This document shows, piece after piece, positions 7,499 through 15,818 of a DNA stretch of 29,510 bases (its first letter is position 1; each line of letters begins with the position of its first letter). This stretch comes from a virus. The notes under the pieces are model-generated. The model saw nothing but the letters and a program-made list of their open reading frames with translations. It was not told the origin of the DNA and did no database searches. The stretch lies in the IMG/VR virus record IMGVR_UViG_3300025830_000002; one strand, written 5' to 3'. The position numbers and the translations under genes are program-made.

Positions 7499-7717
7499 TT
7501 ATTTAAGTGTAATTGCTAATTTTCTAAACCTATCATTTAACCTATCAATACATCTTGTGTAGATGTCTATGTCGTGGTCGTTAATTTTTCTAATTGATTG
7601 AAGCTGCAAACCAGCACCAAACTCATTACTCCATTCTCTTTCGTCAATACGATTTTTGTAATACTTAATGTATTCATCAATCGTAGTAAGTGTTTCTAAT
7701 TTTTCTATTCTTTCCAT
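7499..7717 (-). CDS. Hypothetical early protein, 72 aa
   Basis: It is the first ORF after the 122-nt AT-rich intergenic region. No motif recognised. Confidence 0.5.
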   Translation of the reverse strand: MERIEKLETLTTIDEYIKYYKNRIDEREWSNEFGAGLQLQSIRKINDHDIDIYTRCIDRLNDRFRKLAITLK

Positions 7718-7839
7718 AACTTTAATTAAATTGTATACACAAATATATACATTATTAACAATATATAACGACTTATTAACAAAAAAAGTTACAATTATTT
7801 TTTAGTTGTTTAAAAATCAATAAGTTACAAAGGTGTTGT
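7718..7839 (-). promoter_or_regulatory. Early-region promoter/operator region
   Basis: This is one of the largest non-coding gaps. The minus strand carries TATATTTG (plus 7743..7750), matching TAnnTTTG, 25 nt before the ATG at 7717. Direct repeats ttattaacaa (7753..7762 and 7774..7783, 21 bp apart) and aagttacaa (7786..7794 and 7822..7830) are present. Confidence 0.4.
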
Positions 7840-8712
7840 TTAGAAAATTCTGTGCGAATCTATGTATTTGATGGTTTCATCTACATCTTTTGTTTTATTT
7901 CTTACTATTTTGATAGTAAGCATACGGCCACCAATTGGCTTAATAGGTGCGCCACGTTCTACGTGCCAACCTTTTGATCCATCTCCGTACTCTTCTTTAT
8001 AGCAGCCTGTAATCATTAAGTGTATAGGCTTGTGATTTATACTATAACCTTTCTTTGAGTTACTTTCCAAAGCATCTCTAACGTCATTTCGTGCTGCATT
8101 TTCGTGTATATGGCCCATTGTGTAAACGTCACAACCCTCGTACAATTCTAATGCCCTTGTAAGATTTAAAGCACCTTTTGTAACAACTCCACCACCACCA
8201 GATCCGTGAAAATATTTAATTTTTGTAGTTGCTATTCTTGAATGATTATTCATTTTAATAATAACCCAACCACCATAACCACCAACTTGCACGTTAGAAT
8301 GGCATTTTAAGTTAAGTAAGTCTACAAATCTTTGAAGTATGTCAGTTTCTTGCCACTTAATTATTCCTGTTTCGTGGTTTCCATATCCAATAACCGTAAG
8401 AATATCTGCATAAGGTGTAAACCATTCAACTGCCGTTTCAACAACTGAATCTAAATATCTTGCGTTGTTGTGTTCTGGTCTGATATCTGATTTATTACGC
8501 CTGTTATCGCCACGTCCTTGCATCAAGCAGAACATATCTCCATTAATCATTACAGGAATATTCTCTTCTTTACAATAGTCTAAATGTTTTTTAAGTAGGT
8601 CTTGATCACATTTTGGATTGTCCCAGTGTAAATCGCTTAACATAGCTATTTCTGCATATTTACCCTCTAATTGTATTTCGTGTACGTTCTTACCGTGTCT
8701 GATTACTTTCAT
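7840..8712 (-). CDS. Calcineurin-like metallophosphoesterase
   Basis: Motifs occur in canonical order: SDLHWD (D-x-H), NGDMF (GD), GYGNHE (GNHE), FHGSGGG, GHIHE (GH-x-H). The GDxxDRG motif of PPP Ser/Thr phosphatases is absent. Confidence 0.8.
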   Translation of the reverse strand: MKVIRHGKNVHEIQLEGKYAEIAMLSDLHWDNPKCDQDLLKKHLDYCKEENIPVMINGDMFCLMQGRGDNRRNKSDIRPEHNNARYLDSVVETAVEWFTPYADILTVIGYGNHETGIIKWQETDILQRFVDLLNLKCHSNVQVGGYGGWVIIKMNNHSRIATTKIKYFHGSGGGGVVTKGALNLTRALELYEGCDVYTMGHIHENAARNDVRDALESNSKKGYSINHKPIHLMITGCYKEEYGDGSKGWHVERGAPIKPIGGRMLTIKIVRNKTKDVDETIKYIDSHRIF

Positions 8713-9131
8713 ATTATCTTACTTATTAGCTTATTTAAAACAAACATAACTGCACCAAACACTAAAGCAAATATTAACATCCACCAATAGTTTGGTTTCT
8801 TATTGGCTTTGGCTTCTGCTTTTGCCCTTTGCACTTCTACTCTTGTAATCATTCTTAAAGTGTCACGTTTTAGCTTGTATTCTATTCGTGTTTCTAACCT
8901 TGTTTGTGGCACATATACGGTCTTGTATTCTATAATAGTATCTTTAGAACTATAAAAGTGTTCGTATACTATTGTATCGTGTTTTATTACAGGAATAGAA
9001 TCTATTGTGCTAATTCTTATCGTGTCGCTTGTTTGCGTGACTTGTAAGCCACGTTTAAGTGCTTTGTTATAGTGATACTTCGCAGAACACGAAAACAACG
9101 TTAGAACGCAAATTAAATATATTACTTTCAT
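8709..9131 (-). CDS. Unimolecular spanin candidate (N-terminal lipoprotein signal plus C-terminal transmembrane anchor)
   Basis: MKVIYLICVLTLFSC... has a lipobox-like LFSC, and the C-terminus YWWMLIFALVFGAVMFVLNKLI forms a TM helix. It sits immediately downstream of the endolysin with a 4-nt overlap, the same architecture as T1 gp11. Confidence 0.55.
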   Translation of the reverse strand: MKVIYLICVLTLFSCSAKYHYNKALKRGLQVTQTSDTIRISTIDSIPVIKHDTIVYEHFYSSKDTIIEYKTVYVPQTRLETRIEYKLKRDTLRMITRVEVQRAKAEAKANKKPNYWWMLIFALVFGAVMFVLNKLISKII

Positions 9132-9778
9132 TTTTCTAATTCTTTAATCATTTCAAAGTGAATCTTGGCTATCCTATTTCTTCCATCATTACTCATCAAT
9201 AGTCTACATTCAGCTTCGTTAGTCATAAAGAAGTTTTCTGATAATATCGCAGGCATAGCAGTATTTTTAAGAACATAAAAGTTTGCTTCTTTGTCTGCAT
9301 CTCCATCTCTTGTATCTTTTCGCATTGTGTGAGTAGGAAATTCTGCCTGTGCTTTGTTGAACAACACTTCTGCGATCTCATCGCTTTTTGTTTCTCCTAT
9401 ACTTGTGTAAACTTCCCATCCGTGTGCTGCTTCGTCACTAAAGCCGTTTGCGTGAATAGAAATATAGATACAAGGTTTATCCGTGTTTCTGTAAATTTCG
9501 TTTGCTTGTGATGTTCTGGTGCTTAAAGGAATATCTACATTTGTATCTACTAAATTAATGCAGTCAATATTTGCATCTTCGCAAAGCTTCATTAATCTGT
9601 CTACAATACTTCTGTTGAATTCGCCCTCAAAAAGTTGTGTGCCATCTGGCCAAATAGGACTTCGTTTTCCTGCCGTTTGATAAACACCATCTATAATACC
9701 ACCGTGTCCGTTATCAAATATGTATAAGTTTTTACTATCCAATTTAATTGGTTGTCTGCAACATTTACAAATCTTCAT
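9128..9778 (-). CDS. N-acetylmuramoyl-L-alanine amidase (Amidase_3 family) endolysin
   Basis: Motifs DNGHGG, ISIHANG, HGWEVY and FYVLKNTAMPAILSENFFMTN are typical of MurNAc-LAA zinc amidases. It is flanked by holin and spanin candidates. Confidence 0.88.
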   Translation of the reverse strand: MKICKCCRQPIKLDSKNLYIFDNGHGGIIDGVYQTAGKRSPIWPDGTQLFEGEFNRSIVDRLMKLCEDANIDCINLVDTNVDIPLSTRTSQANEIYRNTDKPCIYISIHANGFSDEAAHGWEVYTSIGETKSDEIAEVLFNKAQAEFPTHTMRKDTRDGDADKEANFYVLKNTAMPAILSENFFMTNEAECRLLMSNDGRNRIAKIHFEMIKELEK

Positions 9779-10241
9779 TTTTTTTGATGTTTTTAAAATC
9801 GCTTGTTACTTCCTTTGCTCTTGCAAATAAGTTTTTTAATGATGCCCACAAATCAATGCCTTTTACTGCCTTGTAGTTTTCATTGATAGAAATAACTTCA
9901 ATAGAAACAAGAACTAAAGCCAAGATTTTAGTAGTAAGTAATTCGATACTAAAAAACGAAATAACAATATCGTTTAATAGAAATTTATCCATAGCATAAA
10001 ACAACATAACGGTTGCTTCATAAAGTAAAATCTTTGATATGATTGCAGATAGTCTTCTGCTTGTAATTGGTTGTTTAAGTTTCTTTGCTTTCCAGATACC
10101 TGTAATTGTATCTAAAATAACAGAAGCTGCAATAAGAATAAGAATACCAACAATAGGTAAAAAAAACGAAAGAATAATAGCCATCAGTTTAGTTGAGTAA
10201 AGTTTAATTTTAGTTGTCAGTACATAGAGTTGTGTTTTCAT
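9765..10241 (-). CDS. Holin (multi-pass, Phage_holin_4-like)
   Basis: 158 aa with about four hydrophobic helices. ...LDTITGIWKAKKLKQPITSRRL... resembles the LL-H/holin_4 family motif. It overlaps the amidase start. Confidence 0.6.
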   Translation of the reverse strand: MKTQLYVLTTKIKLYSTKLMAIILSFFLPIVGILILIAASVILDTITGIWKAKKLKQPITSRRLSAIISKILLYEATVMLFYAMDKFLLNDIVISFFSIELLTTKILALVLVSIEVISINENYKAVKGIDLWASLKNLFARAKEVTSDFKNIKKNEDL

Positions 10242-10242
10242 C

Positions 10243-10404
10243 TTAAAGTTGTTCCGTTATAAGCCAAATAATTTTAAATAATAGAAATACACCAAACGCC
10301 TGTACGTGTAATTCTGTACTTGTAAACATACAAGAAAAGGCACAGAAGCATCCAGCAAGAAAATATAATACTGCAAGTACGTTTTGATGGTTTCTAATAT
10401 CCAT
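10243..10404 (-). CDS. Small two-helix membrane protein, 53 aa (possible second holin/antiholin; not in ORF track)
   Basis: Hand translation gives MDIRNHQNVLAVLYFLAGCFCAFSCMFTSTELHVQAFGVFLLFKIIWLITEQL. Its ATG overlaps the upstream TAA (TAATG), and its stop lies 1 nt before the holin ATG. Confidence 0.4.
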   Translation of the reverse strand: MDIRNHQNVLAVLYFLAGCFCAFSCMFTSTELHVQAFGVFLLFKIIWLITEQL

Positions 10405-10655
10405 TACTCAACAGGTATTTCTTCACTCCATTCTGGCGTTTGCATAAGTGCCAAAGCCTCTTCGTGTGTTAAAGTTTGTAAAGGAACTATTGTTCCATCT
10501 TCTATAAATGTTGGTGTGTGATGCCATTTTAAAACAAATTCAGTTAAAGCTAAATTTATTCTAATCGTATCAATACTTGTTTCTCCAACTTGTGAATAGT
10601 CTACTGCGTTTGCTGCTGCTATGTCTATTATTCCGTAATGTTCAAATCCGTGCAT
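10404..10655 (-). CDS. Hypothetical protein, 83 aa
   Basis: The ORF lies between the LamG protein and the lysis cassette. No motif recognised. Confidence 0.5.
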   Translation of the reverse strand: MHGFEHYGIIDIAAANAVDYSQVGETSIDTIRINLALTEFVLKWHHTPTFIEDGTIVPLQTLTHEEALALMQTPEWSEEIPVE

Positions 10656-10677
10656 TTTATTTTATTTTAATTCGTTT

Positions 10678-11526
10678 TTATGTAGGTACATCTGTGCTTC
10701 GTACTACCGTGTTATCTAATACTCCATCATTTCCACCTGTTCCACTATCTATAGCAGTTGTTCCTGTTCCCTCAAAACGCCACCAAGAAACAGGCGATAG
10801 ACTACTAATGTCATTAGGAACTCCATTGTTGTATATAGTTTCTATGTCAGTTGAACTTAAGGCACTACTGAAATAGGAAACCTCGTCTACTAATCCATCA
10901 AAATAATTTTGGTCTAAATCAGATGTAAAAATTCTGCCTATGTTTATAGTGTCAAAACTTGCCATATCGTTTAACCATTTTTGGTCATTAGTAGACACCA
11001 AAAAAGTCTGTGCTACTGCCACTCCATCAACATATAATTGTGGACTTACTCCATTTTGTACTATTGCTAAATGCGTCCAAGCTCCAACGCTAAAAGGATT
11101 TACATTAGCATAAACAATAAATCCTGATGATGAGTTAGACGTTGTACGCATATCAATAGTAAAACCAAGTGATGAACTTAAGTTTAAAATTAAATATTGC
11201 CTTGTTTGTGTGGATGCACTAAAATTTAATATTGTTTGATTACTTGAAATATCATTAGGGTTTACCCATACAGAAATTGTTCCCTCATTATCTGCACTAA
11301 TAGAACTTGCAGCACTGTTACAATCAACATAGGCATCCATTCCATCAAGCTCTATACTTTGAGTATTGCTAAAACTTGGCGTTGCACCTGTTCCTGTTAA
11401 GTTGGTTTCTGGACTCAAACTATTTGCGCAAACTTCGCCAAAATCTATAGTATTATTTGTTGCTGATTTTCCGAATCCATTCGTGTTTTCAACTGCTGCC
11501 TGTCCCCAATATATCGTATTTGCCAT
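10678..11526 (-). CDS. LamG/concanavalin-A-like lectin domain protein (tail fibre-associated, candidate receptor-binding)
   Basis: ...GTISVWVNPNDISSNQTILNF..., ...WTHLAIVQNGVSPQLYVDGV..., ...NIGR...YFDGLVDEVSYFSSALSSTDIETIYNNG... matches the Laminin_G_3 pattern. It follows the tail fibre gene. Confidence 0.75.
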   Translation of the reverse strand: MANTIYWGQAAVENTNGFGKSATNNTIDFGEVCANSLSPETNLTGTGATPSFSNTQSIELDGMDAYVDCNSAASSISADNEGTISVWVNPNDISSNQTILNFSASTQTRQYLILNLSSSLGFTIDMRTTSNSSSGFIVYANVNPFSVGAWTHLAIVQNGVSPQLYVDGVAVAQTFLVSTNDQKWLNDMASFDTINIGRIFTSDLDQNYFDGLVDEVSYFSSALSSTDIETIYNNGVPNDISSLSPVSWWRFEGTGTTAIDSGTGGNDGVLDNTVVRSTDVPT

Positions 11527-11528
11527 TA

Positions 11529-12386
11529 TTAATAAGTTTTATGTAGTACAAAGTTTGCACTATGTATTTCGTCTTGTGTTTTAGCTTGTCCCCATTCTGC
11601 CGTAATATCTATAGTGTTTGCAATAGTTGAATCAAAAGCTTCTACATCTTGAAATACATAACCCTCAAGTCCTCCTGTGTTTCGTGTATATGCAAAATTC
11701 CCATTAGTACAAATACTTCCACTTGCACCGATAGCTGCTATTGTGAAATCTATTTCACATTCCCATCCTAAACCAGTCGTAGGACTTAAAGAAATAGTGC
11801 CTGTTGTTGCTAATACCGTTGCACCACTTTTTATCCTTATTGTGATATCGTCGCCATTTTGTGCTGAAATTTCGCCACCAATTTTTGCGTGGTAAGAATC
11901 TCCTACTACAAAGTGATCTGCTGGTATTGTTAAACTTCCTACTCCACTTCCAACTATACTCGTTTCTGTTGTTGTGTTTGTTAGTGTTGCACTAACTACC
12001 GTTTGTGCATATAATCCTGTCGTTGGTTGGTTAAAAGATAAAGTTCCTGCACCATCAGTTTTAAGAACTTGTCCTGCCGTTCCATCTGCCGTAGGAAATG
12101 AATAAGCATTGTTGAAGCTTATAACATCAGCTGCACTAATTTTAAATACATCTGCGCCACTATTTTGAAAAGCCAAGTAAACACCGTTTAAATCTACCGT
12201 TCTGTTGCTTCTAATCGTGCCATCTATTAAATAAATGTTATCTCCAGCAATAGCCGATATTTCTGCACCTGTGATTTTCTTTGATACGAAGCCACCAGCA
12301 CCATCAGATTCTGCTATAACAAATAAATCCGTGTTTGCTAAATTAGCACTCTTTGCCGTTAGGTCGCTGATCTTTATTTCTGCCAT
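11529..12386 (-). CDS. Tail fibre protein
   Basis: The N-terminus MAEIKISDLTAKSANLANTDLFVI... and the motif ...FPTADGTAGQVLKTDGAGTLSF... are common in phage tail fibres. The composition is Gly/Thr/Ala-rich, beta-type. Confidence 0.6.
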   Translation of the reverse strand: MAEIKISDLTAKSANLANTDLFVIAESDGAGGFVSKKITGAEISAIAGDNIYLIDGTIRSNRTVDLNGVYLAFQNSGADVFKISAADVISFNNAYSFPTADGTAGQVLKTDGAGTLSFNQPTTGLYAQTVVSATLTNTTTETSIVGSGVGSLTIPADHFVVGDSYHAKIGGEISAQNGDDITIRIKSGATVLATTGTISLSPTTGLGWECEIDFTIAAIGASGSICTNGNFAYTRNTGGLEGYVFQDVEAFDSTIANTIDITAEWGQAKTQDEIHSANFVLHKTY

Positions 12387-12449
12387 AATATTTATTTAAA
12401 AACGTCTGTAAACGTTTTACGTTCTTTTCTTTTGGTGTGTAATGTTTCT

Positions 12450-12950
12450 TCATAAAATCCAACCAGTAAAATTTGTACTTTCGTTTGGACTCATATCACT
12501 TCCTGTATTTGTATTGTATTCTGGAAACGTGCTACTATTGTCGCATATATAATCTACAAACCTTTCTTTGTAGTGCATATAAGTCTGTCGTTGTTTTTCT
12601 ACTAAAAAATCTATTTCTTCTTTACTTACCGTTTCTGAATTTTCTGCTCCGTGTTTATATACGCCTTTGTTTGCAATAGTTACTGCACTAAAAGGCAAGA
12701 ACTCTAACATACTTGCGTGAATTAAGGCAGGTTTTATGTAAATTTCTAATAAGTCTTTATACGGATTTGCCAAAGTTCCTGCAATTATTTCTGCTTGTAG
12801 TTTTTCAAGTAGTTTAGTTCCTAACATTGATTGAATATGTATATCTTGTGCGATCGAAACGTACTGAATAAATTTATCCGTGTCTATGTTTCCGTTCATA
12901 TTTGTGAAACGAATCGCATCTTGTCTGCTTATTAATAGTGCTTTTGCCAT
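12450..12950 (-). CDS. Hypothetical virion/head-tail connector-like protein, 166 aa
   Basis: The call rests on its position directly after the portal gene. No diagnostic motif. Confidence 0.45.
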   Translation of the reverse strand: MAKALLISRQDAIRFTNMNGNIDTDKFIQYVSIAQDIHIQSMLGTKLLEKLQAEIIAGTLANPYKDLLEIYIKPALIHASMLEFLPFSAVTIANKGVYKHGAENSETVSKEEIDFLVEKQRQTYMHYKERFVDYICDNSSTFPEYNTNTGSDMSPNESTNFTGWIL

Positions 12951-12956
12951 ATCTTG

Positions 12957-14723
12957 TTATTTTTTATATCCTTGATTAGGCATATCAATAGGTCGTTGGC
13001 TTACTAAATTTGGATTTTTAATTATATATCCGTATTTAGCTGCTTTTGCACTTGATATACGTGATGCTAAAGGACTTTTAACGTCAATTCCTGTACCCTC
13101 AAAAGCTACATAAACTTGTTTATTCCATCTGTGATAGCAATTCGGCCCACCTTTGTAAAGCCATATCGAATAAGTATTAGCGCCATCAACACCAAAGCCT
13201 GGATTTACAGATTGTCCACTCATTCTTATGATGTCTTCTTTACGATATATCTTGTTTCCTCGTTTGTCATTCATCATATTTTCGCAAAATTCTCTGCCTT
13301 TTCCACTATTGCCACCTGTTTTTCCTGCATAAACATAACGTGTAATAAATTTAATTCCATCAATTACATCGTCTTGTGTACTTTTTGCGTTTGGAAAAGC
13401 CGTTCCTGTACTTACTAAATTTATTAATCTATCTTTTAGGCTTAATTCCGTTTTTATGTCGCTTGAAAGTAACGTATTTTCGTCTTCGTCTGTATCGTAG
13501 TCTACTTCAAATTCATCTATAAGCAACCAATCAGCTTTAGGCATTTCGCCAAGTTCTATGAGTTCTTTGCCTACAAAATCGCCACTTAATTCTAATCCTG
13601 TTTCTTCTTGTATTTGTTCTTCTGTTTGTACGTTTTCTAAATCTACAAACTCCAAAGGTTTTAACGTTCTAAAGAATAAGTTTAAAGCTATTCCGTTATA
13701 TGCAAGTATCTGATCGAAAGCATCCAACAAAAGTTCTTGCATTGGTGCAATTACCATATTTGAAAACAACGCAAACGAGTCTTTTAATTCGTCTGAATTA
13801 CTGCTAAATCCATTAGACGATGCTATGCCAAACAATAAAGGACTCGTTACATTGTGTGCTAACATTATTTTTCTTAAACACTCTTCCGATAAAGTACTAT
13901 ACAAATCTGGTGCATCATTTACAGGCATAGAATCTACTGTTGTTTTTGATTCTGCATTGTTGTTAAAAGCTACTATTAACTTTTCGCCACTCATTCCTGT
14001 TAATTGGCTTTGTACTTTGTTTTTTATTATTTGTTGTTGATCTTCACTTGGCACTCCGTTATTGAAGTTTACTACACTTCTTCCACTAAATCCGTTTTCT
14101 ACTTCGTTTATTAAGTATTCAGAAATATCTTCTTCTAAAACTGCATAAGGAATACCGCCGATAAAATCTACCAAAGAATAATACTTCATTCCTACACTAT
14201 ATGGCTTTATAAAATAGATTTCAATATCTTCTTTTGAACATCCAAACGCAGGTATTCTTTTTGGCTTGTAGTTTCTTAAATCTGTCCAATCGTCACTATA
14301 ATAGTAAGCTTCAATTTTGCCCTCTTCGTTACACTTTTCAGCACGTAATAATTGAACAGGTATATGATGTACTTGTGCAATTTTCTTTCTGTCTTTCGTG
14401 TATATGACTTGAACGGCACATTGTCCTAACAACTTTAAATCAGTACATAAGTGCCTAACACAATCTTTATTGAATAGTGACATCATTTGTGCGTACTCAT
14501 TAGGCTTTCTTGATGCGTCTGTTGCACTTAAACCTCTTCCGTATACTAAACGAGTGATGTTGTTTATTATGGCGTTGTTAGTAGTGCTATTCGTGTATCT
14601 GTCGATTAAATACTGATAGTAGTTATTATCCGTACCAAATTCAACCCAATCTTCTCTTTTAGATTCTTTGATTACAGGCGCTTCGTAGCCACTTAATTCT
14701 AATACGTGTATGTTATTACTCAT
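12957..14723 (-). CDS. Portal protein with a C-terminal MuF/SPP1-gp7-like head-morphogenesis domain
   Basis: This is the largest head-module ORF, with an acidic stretch ...DEFEVDYDTDEDEN.... The C-terminus ...REFCENMM...NPGFGVDGANTYSIWLYKGGPNCYHRW... recalls the HPNCRC motif of MuF-like proteins. I chose ATG 14723 (8-nt overlap with the upstream gene); the track start 14771 would overlap by 56 nt. Confidence 0.6.
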   Translation of the reverse strand: MSNNIHVLELSGYEAPVIKESKREDWVEFGTDNNYYQYLIDRYTNSTTNNAIINNITRLVYGRGLSATDASRKPNEYAQMMSLFNKDCVRHLCTDLKLLGQCAVQVIYTKDRKKIAQVHHIPVQLLRAEKCNEEGKIEAYYYSDDWTDLRNYKPKRIPAFGCSKEDIEIYFIKPYSVGMKYYSLVDFIGGIPYAVLEEDISEYLINEVENGFSGRSVVNFNNGVPSEDQQQIIKNKVQSQLTGMSGEKLIVAFNNNAESKTTVDSMPVNDAPDLYSTLSEECLRKIMLAHNVTSPLLFGIASSNGFSSNSDELKDSFALFSNMVIAPMQELLLDAFDQILAYNGIALNLFFRTLKPLEFVDLENVQTEEQIQEETGLELSGDFVGKELIELGEMPKADWLLIDEFEVDYDTDEDENTLLSSDIKTELSLKDRLINLVSTGTAFPNAKSTQDDVIDGIKFITRYVYAGKTGGNSGKGREFCENMMNDKRGNKIYRKEDIIRMSGQSVNPGFGVDGANTYSIWLYKGGPNCYHRWNKQVYVAFEGTGIDVKSPLASRISSAKAAKYGYIIKNPNLVSQRPIDMPNQGYKK

Positions 14724-15066
14724 AAATAATAAATTCGTTGTTACTGACGTTTGAAGTAAATTCTCCGTCATTTACTGAATAGTTTACAACAGGCGTTTGA
14801 TCCGTTACAAAGATTCTATCCTTGTGTACTATCGTTGTTCCGTTTTTTAGTTCCAAAGTGTAAAAAGTATTGTTTACTAAATTGAATAAGCCATTAACAA
14901 AAGTTGCGTTTATTGTATCGTAGTAATCTCCATTTGCAAAACTTGTTATTGTTATTTCAGTTGTTACGTTTGTAGATTCTCCTGTGATATATAACGTGTC
15001 ATAAGTTTGGCTTCTTGGTATAAAGCTAAAACTTTGTTCTGTTGCTATCGGTTGTAAAATAATCAT
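14716..15066 (-). CDS. Hypothetical structural protein, 116 aa (beta-rich)
   Basis: The ORF is preceded by the conserved 13-mer AAAAGTTATTATA and an AAACACGAAT motif. No motif recognised in the protein. Confidence 0.5.
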   Translation of the reverse strand: MIILQPIATEQSFSFIPRSQTYDTLYITGESTNVTTEITITSFANGDYYDTINATFVNGLFNLVNNTFYTLELKNGTTIVHKDRIFVTDQTPVVNYSVNDGEFTSNVSNNEFIIYE

Positions 15067-15072
15067 ATCTAC

Positions 15073-15085
15073 TATAATAACTTTT
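15073..15085 (-). repeat. 13-mer AAAAGTTATTATA, copy 1, ending 6 nt before the ATG at 15066
   Basis: Exact 13-mer, also found at 18587..18599 and 26536..26548, each just upstream of a start codon. Confidence 0.9.
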
Positions 15086-15123
15086 TTTTAAATATTTTGT
15101 TTTTAATTCGTGTTTATGTAAAC

Positions 15124-15149
15124 AAAAAAAGGCACTCCGAAAAGTGCCT
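15124..15149 (-). terminator. Rho-independent terminator
   Basis: The minus strand reads AGGCACU-UUUCGG-AGUGCCU followed by U7, 30 nt downstream of the stop of the 190-aa gene. Confidence 0.8.
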
Positions 15150-15178
15150 CTTTGTTATGAAAGGTATAAGAAAGAATC

Positions 15179-15751
15179 TTAAGAAGTAACAATAACTGCG
15201 TCAGTTGCTCCTGCATCTGCAAAAGCCGTAGCAAGTCCTGCTTCGGTTGTTACATCAATAAAGTTAGCTGGAAGTTCTTCCATAGCCGTAAAGGTCAAAG
15301 AATATCCGTTAAAATCTCCAAGTGCTGCACCAGAAGAAATTTCTCCTGCTGAAACGTCTGCGCCTTGATCAAGACCCATTAAGAAAAATTGGTCTGTCAT
15401 TGTTCTAACAATTATTCTTGGTCTTCCGTATGCAAGAAGTTTTACGTTCTTGTGTGTAGCAAAATCTTGTCTTTTTAAAGCAGCTACTAAAGTTTGAGTG
15501 AAGAACGTCGTTCCGTTATCTCTACTGCTTTCTATGGCCGTAGTAAAAGAATTTGTTGTACTCTTCAATTCGTATTTGTATAGGCTTAAAGGTGCTGCTG
15601 GTTGCCAAGTGTCAATAACATCTCCGTTTGTGGCATCATATACAACATTGTCAGAATCCAAATCGTCGAAATTGGCGAAGTAAATCGCTTTTAATCCACT
15701 TACTGAATCTTTACATTGTTCTATACGTCCGTTTGTAATATCACAACTCAT
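15179..15751 (-). CDS. Abundant virion protein, candidate major tail (tube) protein
   Basis: 190 aa, bracketed by two strong intrinsic terminators, which suggests a highly expressed structural gene. The beta-rich sequence ...GLKAIYFANFDD... resembles tail tube proteins of Bacteroidota siphoviruses. Assignment is tentative. Confidence 0.4.
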   Translation of the reverse strand: MSCDITNGRIEQCKDSVSGLKAIYFANFDDLDSDNVVYDATNGDVIDTWQPAAPLSLYKYELKSTTNSFTTAIESSRDNGTTFFTQTLVAALKRQDFATHKNVKLLAYGRPRIIVRTMTDQFFLMGLDQGADVSAGEISSGAALGDFNGYSLTFTAMEELPANFIDVTTEAGLATAFADAGATDAVIVTS

Positions 15752-15771
15752 TTTTTTAAAGTTTTATGAAT

Positions 15772-15798
15772 AAAAAAAGGCAGGTACTTTTACCTACC
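15772..15798 (-). terminator. Rho-independent terminator after the capsid gene
   Basis: The minus strand reads GGUAGGUA-AAAG-UACCUGCC (8 bp with one G-U pair) followed by U7, 21 nt after the major capsid stop codon. Confidence 0.75.
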
Positions 15799-15818
15799 TT
15801 TCTTTAATCTGATTTATA

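Noticed and set aside
12398-12418. Weak hairpin AAAACGU-UUACAG-ACGUUUU between the 166-aa gene and the tail fibre gene, as a terminator
   Set aside because: The stem is only 7 bp and mostly A-U, with no independent U-tract beyond the stem. It is not convincing as an intrinsic terminator.
14724-14771. N-terminal 16 codons of the portal ORF as given in the track (start 14771)
   Set aside because: This start would overlap the upstream 116-aa gene by 56 nt. The internal ATG at 14723 gives the 8-nt overlap typical of this genome. The choice remains uncertain.
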